The notes below the pieces were generated by a model. It searched no databases. It saw only the letters and a program-made list of their open reading frames with translations, and was not told the origin of the DNA. Below are positions 58,001-64,000 of a stretch of 64,000 bases of DNA, piece by piece (positions within the stretch are counted from its first letter, which is position 1; every line of letters starts with the position of its first letter). Made by a program: the position numbers and the translations under genes. This DNA comes from a virus (lineage: Duplodnaviria > Caudoviricetes), in the IMG/VR virus record IMGVR_UViG_3300033120_000845, positions 32,001 through 96,000 of that record. One strand, 5' to 3'.

Positions 58001-60525
58001 CGGGCGAAACATTTGAAACAGAAAGACAAATTGATTTAATAACCGACACTAATGAGTCGTTCAATAAGGAATTAGATAAATACGAAAATTATAAAGATAA
58101 ACTTCAATTTATAATGGATAATACAACAGATGCTGATGCTATGTTGATTAGAAAAATGGAAGTATATTTTGATGAGTTTTTAAAAGGCAATAGAACAAAA
58201 CCGCCAAAGTCTTTAGAGCGTTTTTATAGTGGGCAAGAAACAAAAGAAAAAGTTATTTTAGAATATGCGAAAACTAAAGTGTTGCCATACTATAAGAGAA
58301 CAGCCTCTGATGAGTATTTCGAGATAGTAAACCGTTTAAAGAATAGCTCGGAAGACATTAATAAAATTATTGATGATATTAATAACTCTGAATTTTTAAA
58401 ATTACAGCCAAATCCATCGTTCTTCACAAAAGAGGAAGATGACAGTTTGAATCCAAATTACAGACCAAACCTAAGAACAGGATGGAGACAACCAAAGGCT
58501 TCTTTATATAGAAATGCTGACTTTTTTAAACTTTTCGGCGAGGGTACAAAAACAGACGACAAAGGATTTATTATTGTAGAAACAGCATCTAACAAGAAAA
58601 AGGCAGAATTTTATAACGCCACTTTAGCATTCAGATTTAAAACTTTAGATTATATGGATGTGTCTAAAGGATATAACTATTACACCGCGCCACAAATTAG
58701 GGCAAAAGGAGTGGAAAGATGGGCTAAAATATTTAATGTAGACAATTTGAAGGGTGCTGTTAAAGACCTTACAACATTTACGGAGGACGATATGATTTTA
58801 GGGGACAACTCTTTAGGAACAGACATTAGAATCATTCCTAAAATGTACACTCGAAAATTAGATGACCCTGAAGATATGTCTAAAAACTTATTCACTTCTA
58901 TGATGATGCAACATAATGAGGCAACGTTAAGGGATAGTAGGGTTAAGTATTTAGGACAGATTAATTCTGTTATGGAAACTATTCAGACAAGAGAGCAGTT
59001 TAAAGGCAAGCCTGCTGAAACAACTAATGCTTACAAACAAGCTAAGTCAGCAGTTGATTATGCGGTGTTTGGCAAACAACAAGAGTTCACAATGCCTGTA
59101 AAAACAGCTTTAGGGGAATTTGATGCTGTTAAAGTGTTGCAAGGATTTAGTAGTTTAATTAGGTTTAAAAACTTAGGTGGGTCGGTTGTAATTCCTCTAA
59201 CATCTGCAATGTCGGCAAAAGTTGTACAGCAAATTGAAAGAGTAGTTGGGCAATATTACGAGTCTAACACTTACAATTTAGCAACAAAGGATTTCTTAAA
59301 ACATGTTGCAAAAGGAACATCTGAGGCGGGTAAAATAAACCAGTCGGCTTACATTAACGTAGCGGGAAGATATTTTGGTTCTTTTGATATGGAAGAGGGG
59401 ATTAAAAACTCTAATTATAGTCCATTTCTAAAAAATCTACCAAGAAGTACAATGGCTTTATATTCTGCCTCAATGTATGGCTTGTTTGGAAAAAACTTAT
59501 TCTACACATTTAAAAATACAAGAGTAGTAGATGGTGGTGTAACGACATATCAGAAGTTTAGAGCTAATAACATCGCGCTAAAAGAAAGTGAAATCAAGCA
59601 AAAGTGGAAACAATATGAAAATGCCACAATTGATAACTATTTCGAGGTAAAAGATGGTAAGATAGTTTGGAATACAGAAAAATTAGGAAAGGATGTTGTG
59701 GACTTCAATATTGAAGACATTGAGAATTCCATTAGAGCGCAAGTGAAAAACCTTAATATCCGAGTGGATAACCAATTATCTAAAGAGGATAAGGTATTGG
59801 CTCAAAGACATGGATTACTAAATTTATTGATGATTCACCGAGGATGGTTGGTAGCAGCCACAGAAAACAGATTTAAAGGAATGCACCACAATACACAAAC
59901 GGATATGTGGGAAGAAGGAAGCTACCGTTCTTTTTATAATTATTTAGGCGGGGTGATAAAAGAATGGAGAAGAAATGGACATAGTGTAGTTAAAGCATTT
60001 AAAACAGAGTGGGATAACGCAGGTAAATTAGATAATCCCGAATTAACCTATTTGAGAAGAAGTAATCTTAAAAGAGTTGGTATTGAATTCGCAGTTTTAA
60101 ATACTTTAGCTTTAGTTTCATTAGTTATACAAGGATATGCAGATGATGACGAAAACAAAGATTTGTATGCTTTACAAATGACTAATCTACTTCTTTACAG
60201 AACAGCTTTGGAAAGTAACTCAGCTTCATTTGGAATTGGAAGTTCATACTCATCTGTAATTGATGACCCACTATTAGCTTGGCAGACTGCAAAAGATTTA
60301 TCAAAAGTTACAGATATTTTTGATTCAGGTGAAATTAGTACAGGAGCTTGGTCAGGTTACACTAAAGGGGAGCAATTCCTATTCAAGAATACGCCATTAT
60401 TAAAGCAATATAAGGACATGAGCAATCCATATGAAAAATTCAACTCAACGAAGTATTTTTCAGAGGTTAGAAATAATCAAATGGCAACAGTTCCTTTGTA
60501 TAATTTCTTAAATAAAGAAGAATAA
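55027..60525 (+). CDS. giant cargo/ejection protein
   Basis: 1832 aa; begins MAC; degenerate zincin EEVAH; helical; C-terminal hydrophobic helix (IEFAVLNTLALVSLVIQG). Confidence 0.7.
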   Translation: MACQIVYDKQGKIKLVLDKQKRESKIYNQLKSHPMIDDPLTAYTNFPEDIKDESAYNVIHKVGDKFYNSYKEALKATNENGKIEIVFQGEGQTKVLSTITKSTDVETKDGFINFYIENNLIADKRKNGKLTGQGISNKERLFNALEIQRLAVSTLGVDSFNLDYYSFEISEPTLGKTKLTLKNGEEVFVSPEEITNINDFRNPEEANIVKNYKEPVYRDLPKPQSQSEESLQLKLMDVLNNLGVSVMSITDYTKRYRIKNGVNPSARALADIANGVIALEEGVATIEDFIEEVAHFIESATSAEKKENILRNIHKTKEYIEHAEAYRTIYSEDYSGEELENIVRREVLGKVIKNSIQENEQRNETERNILQRAFDLIVDFVNSITSNNELKIYLNDINDAIEQNTSGLIDRKNINSIYTFYSTAKSPITKEVLRIIGHLNNVRTNLPKTDIASIVKIEQQINTSEEVYSVVALLDVINHAVKKLQNALKDSEVNNKDYAFTLEETSLYFETLNIAESLPRIAEALRSQPFEIGKKDLKEATISRLQEVKQNLDTLKAQKESIVNTTTKRIVDELMRDSNNQQSREYYEEAIIRAKNDATILSSTFGTLANSTDGMLNIIGKLLVSMTGQAHRNMYNDYQDYVNQMESLGFKAKDVAEFLDGNYMISEFNLTEFDNDNDKDFIPAYREITQDSEITDEEIIKQKNSNSLKIDSDIFQQVSARAMELSDVRVEKSRKPEFYEKIEQRYQNAGIEKDSPTRAYLSVFLSEVSKFKNKATDENGKTDYTKLSLQEYETLKQLQQDRKLKKDYFDITSGELKKGLEYKGLDEKGKPIYTLADTNVSDEARIAFELNKLDALTLEELKQGGDRDNTKALRDFKDSLKGLSREAQVRFIEVNATLGFTEAYYEAIQAKVLNEDGSVSDKPSILSQMLEQGKDEQAKRLAEINSQINTLLKAYTSKTNPTEIVADDIPETTKELIRQLHSERTAIIQDFSGETFETERQIDLITDTNESFNKELDKYENYKDKLQFIMDNTTDADAMLIRKMEVYFDEFLKGNRTKPPKSLERFYSGQETKEKVILEYAKTKVLPYYKRTASDEYFEIVNRLKNSSEDINKIIDDINNSEFLKLQPNPSFFTKEEDDSLNPNYRPNLRTGWRQPKASLYRNADFFKLFGEGTKTDDKGFIIVETASNKKKAEFYNATLAFRFKTLDYMDVSKGYNYYTAPQIRAKGVERWAKIFNVDNLKGAVKDLTTFTEDDMILGDNSLGTDIRIIPKMYTRKLDDPEDMSKNLFTSMMMQHNEATLRDSRVKYLGQINSVMETIQTREQFKGKPAETTNAYKQAKSAVDYAVFGKQQEFTMPVKTALGEFDAVKVLQGFSSLIRFKNLGGSVVIPLTSAMSAKVVQQIERVVGQYYESNTYNLATKDFLKHVAKGTSEAGKINQSAYINVAGRYFGSFDMEEGIKNSNYSPFLKNLPRSTMALYSASMYGLFGKNLFYTFKNTRVVDGGVTTYQKFRANNIALKESEIKQKWKQYENATIDNYFEVKDGKIVWNTEKLGKDVVDFNIEDIENSIRAQVKNLNIRVDNQLSKEDKVLAQRHGLLNLLMIHRGWLVAATENRFKGMHHNTQTDMWEEGSYRSFYNYLGGVIKEWRRNGHSVVKAFKTEWDNAGKLDNPELTYLRRSNLKRVGIEFAVLNTLALVSLVIQGYADDDENKDLYALQMTNLLLYRTALESNSASFGIGSSYSSVIDDPLLAWQTAKDLSKVTDIFDSGEISTGAWSGYTKGEQFLFKNTPLLKQYKDMSNPYEKFNSTKYFSEVRNNQMATVPLYNFLNKEE

Positions 60526-60533
60526 TTTAAATT

Positions 60534-60563
60534 TCCCTTGTAAAAATTTGCAAGGGATTTTTT
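60534..60563 (+). terminator. intrinsic terminator ending virion module
   Basis: TCCCTTG-TAAAAATTTG-CAAGGGA-TTTTTT. Confidence 0.65.
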
Positions 60564-60578
60564 ATTTTACTATATTTG
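60547..60578 (+). promoter_or_regulatory. Bacteroidota sigma-A type promoter
   Basis: TTTG (60547-60550), 20-nt spacer, TATATTTG (60571-60578). Confidence 0.65.
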
Positions 60579-60596
60579 CAAATAAAATAAATCAAT

Positions 60597-61370
60597 ATGT
60601 CACCAAAGAAAGGAAAAAACAGCCCCTATTTTAAAGACAAGACAGGTGAAAAACACATTACTAACGAGGGATATGAGATAGAAATTGTAGAATATTTTGG
60701 AGCATTCGATTGTACAATAGTATTCAGTGATGTATATAAGGCGGTATTATATAATGTACACTATAGCAATATTAAAATAGGTCAAGTTAGAAATCCATAT
60801 CATCCTGCTCTCTATGGGATAGGGTATTATGGACAAGGTAAATATGAACATTACAAAGATAAAACTCCTACTATATGTTGTCGTAGATGGAGAAGTTTAA
60901 TAGAGAGAAGTGGTTCAATTAAACTTAAAGAGATATATACTACTTACAAAGACGTTACCGTTTGTGAAGAGTGGAAATGTTTTCAAAACTTTGCAGAGTG
61001 GTTTGAGAAAAACTATATCGATGGGTGGGACTTAGATAAAGATATTTTAGTAAAAGGAAACAAAGTTTATAGCCCTGAAACTTGCTGTTTTATACCACAT
61101 GAAGTCAATTCAATGATTGTTAAATCTGATAAAAATAGAGGAGAATGCCCCATAGGTGTTAGAAAAATATACAACAGATTTCAAGCAAGAATTAATAAAG
61201 GAGACCAATTAATAAATTTAGGACGATTTGATAAAAAAGAAGAAGCCTTCCGAGCATATAAAATCGCAAAAGAGGATTACATTAAAGAAGTGGCGGACAA
61301 ATATAAGCACCAATTACCCGAAAAAGTTTATGAAGCACTTTACAACTACCAAGTAGAAATAACAGATTAA
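60597..61370 (+). CDS. HNH-type homing endonuclease with AP2-like DNA-binding domain
   Basis: YKDVTVCEEWKCFQNFAEWF...WDLDKDIL..GNKVYSPETCCFIP; FQARI....INLGRF...EEAF.AY. Confidence 0.8.
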   Translation: MSPKKGKNSPYFKDKTGEKHITNEGYEIEIVEYFGAFDCTIVFSDVYKAVLYNVHYSNIKIGQVRNPYHPALYGIGYYGQGKYEHYKDKTPTICCRRWRSLIERSGSIKLKEIYTTYKDVTVCEEWKCFQNFAEWFEKNYIDGWDLDKDILVKGNKVYSPETCCFIPHEVNSMIVKSDKNRGECPIGVRKIYNRFQARINKGDQLINLGRFDKKEEAFRAYKIAKEDYIKEVADKYKHQLPEKVYEALYNYQVEITD

Positions 61371-61371
61371 T

Positions 61372-61590
61372 ATGAGAAATAAAGGGAAAACGCGCCAAGA
61401 AATAGAACAATTAAAAGAATCGCTTGATGAAGGTAAGAAAGTATTGTGTTATGGACTGTTAGAGTCAAATAGATATTTAGACCAACTCGGTAAAGAATAT
61501 TTAGCAGAAGAGGTGTTTAGAACAGAGTTTAATATTGAAACAGAACAAGAGGTAAAGACTTTAATTGGTAATAGGCTTTATAAAATATGA
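61372..61590 (+). CDS. hypothetical protein
   Basis: 72-aa ORF in operon. Confidence 0.6.
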   Translation: MRNKGKTRQEIEQLKESLDEGKKVLCYGLLESNRYLDQLGKEYLAEEVFRTEFNIETEQEVKTLIGNRLYKI

Positions 61591-62054
61591 GCGCAGTAGC
61601 TTTTACAGGAAATAGGGATATAAAACCCGAAAAACAATTGATGTGGCATCTTCATGACGTAATTGTTGACCACATAGAAAACAAAGGATGTGATGTATTC
61701 TATAACGGTTTAGCCATTGGTTTTGATTTTCACTCCGCAAGAATAGTAATAAAACTAAAAGAAAAATATCCTCACATAAAGTTGATTGGTTGCGTCCCAT
61801 GTAAAGACCAAGATAAACTTTGGAGTAAAGAGGATAAGGAAATGTATCAACACATTCTAAAAAACTGCGATAGTATAGTTTATGTAAGTGAAGAAGAATA
61901 TAAACCTTATCTCATGCAACGCAGAAATGAGTACATGATAATGCATTGCCAATATGTAATAAGTGTTTATAATTACAGCGGTAAAGGAGGAACGTTTCAA
62001 ACTTTAAATTTTGCCGAGAAAAAAGATAAAGAAATAACAATTATAAAACCGTAA
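61587..62054 (+). CDS. YspA/DUF1273 SLOG-family nucleotide-binding protein
   Basis: VAFTGNR, GLAIGFD, QRRNEYMI, GGT..T motifs. Confidence 0.8.
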   Translation: MSAVAFTGNRDIKPEKQLMWHLHDVIVDHIENKGCDVFYNGLAIGFDFHSARIVIKLKEKYPHIKLIGCVPCKDQDKLWSKEDKEMYQHILKNCDSIVYVSEEEYKPYLMQRRNEYMIMHCQYVISVYNYSGKGGTFQTLNFAEKKDKEITIIKP

Positions 62055-62056
62055 AA

Positions 62057-62182
62057 ATGAAAACAATAATTAAAAGAACAGAAAAAGGAAGCTATCAAAT
62101 AGATAATATTAAAGTAAATACAACTTATATTATAACACATTTAGAAGGAGAAGAACCTAAAATAGAAGAAAAAGAAAACTAA
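62057..62182 (+). CDS. hypothetical protein, 41 aa
   Basis: Hand-translated MKTIIKRTEKGSYQIDNIK...; fills the gap between neighbours exactly. Confidence 0.45.
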   Translation: MKTIIKRTEKGSYQIDNIKVNTTYIITHLEGEEPKIEEKEN

Positions 62183-62184
62183 AA

Positions 62185-62382
62185 ATGTTAGAATTTAAAA
62201 ATCCAATCCCAATAATAGTAAAAGAAACGGGACAAGAAGGATATGCTATATACACAACAAATAATGGAACTTACGAAAATGATTGTTGGACAATAGTGTT
62301 ATGTAAAGGAGGAGACATTATAACAGTGACTGTTGACCAAATTAAAACACATTGTAACAAAACTTTTGGAATAGAGAAATGA
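62185..62382 (+). CDS. hypothetical protein
   Basis: 65-aa ORF in operon. Confidence 0.65.
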   Translation: MLEFKNPIPIIVKETGQEGYAIYTTNNGTYENDCWTIVLCKGGDIITVTVDQIKTHCNKTFGIEK

Positions 62383-62660
62383 GGAGCAGTAGAGAAAAGC
62401 AAATAAATAGGTACGTTTCAGATTGGTGTTGGAATAATTTAGGCGGAGATATAGATTGGGATAATAATGTTTATGCCCACGTTCTGAAAGGAGTAGAAAT
62501 CGCCGAAAAAGAATTTAAAAAGAAGATTAAAGACAAGTACAACGCTTTAAACTCACAACTACAAGAAACAGAACACATAAAACTAGGTAAAAGAGTTAAT
62601 TTAGAAAAAGTGGCGGAATTAAAAGTCAAATTAGAATTATTAAAACAATTGATGAAATGA
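62379..62660 (+). CDS. hypothetical protein
   Basis: 93 aa, ATGA overlap; last gene of + strand block. Confidence 0.6.
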   Translation: MRSSREKQINRYVSDWCWNNLGGDIDWDNNVYAHVLKGVEIAEKEFKKKIKDKYNALNSQLQETEHIKLGKRVNLEKVAELKVKLELLKQLMK

Positions 62661-62693
62661 AATATAGAAAATTAAAAAGCAAACCCTCTTCCT

Positions 62694-62879
62694 TTATTTG
62701 GTTGAGGGTTTTCTGTATTCTGTTATTTTTGGACTACTTGTTAAATACCATTTACCATCTTTATCGAGGTATGTTCTGCAAGGCTTCTTATCTTCTTTTT
62801 TCCAAGGTTTTCTCTGTGTGGTTAAAATCCTCTCCAATTCTGCTCGTGCCTCTTCCTCTGTATCAAAAGCTATTTTCAT
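62694..62879 (-). CDS. hypothetical protein
   Basis: KIAFDTEEEA...PCRTY....WYLTS, a common small phage protein pattern. Confidence 0.6.
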   Translation of the reverse strand: MKIAFDTEEEARAELERILTTQRKPWKKEDKKPCRTYLDKDGKWYLTSSPKITEYRKPSTK

Positions 62880-63154
62880 AGTTCCTCTTTTTCATTAATA
62901 ACTTCTATTTTATAACCCTCTTCTTTCTGCATATATTTAAGAATAATACCTAAATACAATGCTTCAGAGTAATTCAATTTACCAATTTTCTCTGTTCTGT
63001 ATTTTAATTCGTTGCCTGTATTTCTCACTTTAAAAGCAAGTGTGTTTGGATGTGACCATTCAGGGTCGCCGGGAGAATAGAATAAACAATAGTCTTGTTC
63101 ATTTATTTCAAGATAAAAACTATTTACACTATCTACAATTATTTCTTTTCTCAT
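62876..63154 (-). CDS. hypothetical protein
   Basis: 92 aa with ATGA overlaps. Confidence 0.6.
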   Translation of the reverse strand: MRKEIIVDSVNSFYLEINEQDYCLFYSPGDPEWSHPNTLAFKVRNTGNELKYRTEKIGKLNYSEALYLGIILKYMQKEEGYKIEVINEKEEL

Positions 63155-63360
63155 AATGTGTCTCCAACTTTAAATTTACCTTTCTCATCAAAAAATTGCA
63201 TTTTAATTCCGTTCTTGTCTTGATACTCGTACCTGCTATATTTTGTTGAGTTGATGCAAGGGTCGGATAGTATTATTGTAAAAGGTTTTTCTAATGGTTT
63301 TTGACTACAACTAATCGCCGCCAAAGAAATAAGAACAACGATAATAACTCTATAATTCAT
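63151..63360 (-). CDS. putative lipoprotein
   Basis: Signal peptide with lipobox-like LAAISC. Confidence 0.55.
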   Translation of the reverse strand: MNYRVIIVVLISLAAISCSQKPLEKPFTIILSDPCINSTKYSRYEYQDKNGIKMQFFDEKGKFKVGDTL

Positions 63361-63580
63361 CTTTCAAATTTTTTAAAAATTTATCTGCATATACTCCTGC
63401 TCTCTTAACAGAAGATTCATAACTGTCTTTACTATGAGAAACATAATTTATCTCGTATACTAATGTTTCCACTAAATTACATAAAGTAACTAAATTGTTA
63501 AACCTTTCACCATCTCTTGAAGCGTCTCCTGCTGGGTTAATGTTTCCCACCAATTTTAAAACTATTTCTCTTATTTCCAT
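63350..63580 (-). CDS. hypothetical protein
   Basis: 76-aa ORF in leftward operon. Confidence 0.6.
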   Translation of the reverse strand: MEIREIVLKLVGNINPAGDASRDGERFNNLVTLCNLVETLVYEINYVSHSKDSYESSVKRAGVYADKFLKNLKDEL

Positions 63581-63589
63581 ATTTCTAAT

Positions 63590-63775
63590 TTATTTAATTT
63601 TATAAATATAAATTGTATCTATTGTTTTACCATCAGTTGTTAATAATTTTTCAGGTGTAATAATGACATTGCTTCTAATTTCTTGTGTGTCACCTGAAAA
63701 AGTAAAAATAGCAATACCCCCTGCCATAATCATACCAACAACCCAACCTGCTGTAAAAATGTCAAATTCTCTCAT
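63590..63775 (-). CDS. small membrane protein (likely start ATG 63775)
   Basis: MREFDIFTAGWVVGMIMAGGIAIFTF TM helix; the upstream in-frame start falls inside the promoter. Confidence 0.55.
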   Translation of the reverse strand: MREFDIFTAGWVVGMIMAGGIAIFTFSGDTQEIRSNVIITPEKLLTTDGKTIDTIYIYKIK

Positions 63776-63802
63776 GTTATAAATTTTTAAAAGTTTATGT
63801 AG

Positions 63803-63833
63803 CAAATATAAATATAATAAATGATATAAACAA
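63803..63833 (-). promoter_or_regulatory. Bacteroidota sigma-A type promoter
   Basis: Minus strand TTG (63833-63831), 20-nt spacer, TATATTTG (63810-63803). Confidence 0.6.
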
Positions 63834-63890
63834 GCAAACTACGTAAATATTTTAAAATTTCGCCGAAAAAAGAATAAAGAACGGAAAACA

Positions 63891-63918
63891 AAAAAGCCCC
63901 TCTATTAAGAAAGGCTTA
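63891..63918 (-). terminator. intrinsic terminator
   Basis: Minus strand AAGCCTTTC-TTAATA-GAGGGGCTT followed by T-run. Confidence 0.55.
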
Positions 63919-64000
63919 GTGTTAGTTAATTTGGAGTAGCAATTGTAATGTTTTTACCTTTAGGTTTAGCTGTTCTACTTCTACCAATACTTCCACACTT

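Noticed and set aside
5254-58895. Numerous 60-200 aa minus-strand and alternate-frame ORFs inside large genes (e.g. 44687..45292, 48167..48715, 50918..51361)
   Set aside because: Shadow ORFs antisense to long coding genes, with Ser/Phe/Leu-rich composition and no promoters or motifs.
4256-60525. Stop-codon reassignment (TAG to Gln or TGA to Trp), known in some crAss-like phages
   Set aside because: Large genes are intact under code 11 at high coding density, and TAG ends genes sensibly (4708, portal 10391, which is followed by another stop); only the 50720 junction is suggestive.
62657-62898. Plus-strand ORFs 62657..62881 and 62698..62898
   Set aside because: Antisense to 62694..62879, which fits the leftward operon by ATGA overlap and has a more protein-like sequence.
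1-64000. CRISPR array, tRNA or rRNA genes, integrase/att sites
   Set aside because: No regularly spaced repeats or cloverleaf-like sequence noticed in the short intergenic gaps and no integrase; a tRNAscan-SE run would be needed to exclude tRNAs formally.

Overview
This window is about 64 kb of an AT-rich lytic podophage genome from the crAss-like (Crassvirales or a close sister) lineage. The host is most likely Bacteroidota, judged from TTTG-N20-TAnnTTTG promoters and A-rich starts lacking Shine-Dalgarno sites. One + strand block (2143-62660) carries the virion module in crAss-like order: IHF-like, Zn-finger and DUF1573-like genes, terminase, portal, scaffold-like, major capsid, ring and auxiliary capsid proteins, lysis genes, tail fibre/spike genes, tail tube, muzzle, then seven large cargo (ejection) proteins. 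The cargo proteins carry transglycosylase, zincin, kinase-like, LPD23 and ART-like domains, with a ferritin gene inserted among them. Leftward blocks flank both ends; the left one includes a small superfamily-A (PolA/T7-RNAP-like) polymerase. The main unexplained signals are: (1) four consecutive giant cargo proteins (5,220 aa) whose only cysteines sit at the termini in a head-to-tail pattern, suggesting a disulfide- or metal-linked ejection chain; (2) a phage-specific motif, AAACTAACCAATTTT, starting exactly 35 nt before the host -7 box at four virion operons, with no giant virion RNA polymerase visible; (3) a kissing-loop RNA structure in the leader of the mini-polymerase; and (4) 11 [M/Y/A/L]-x-x-G-G motifs punctuating two cargo proteins. 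All calls come from motif reading and synteny; no database searches were run.
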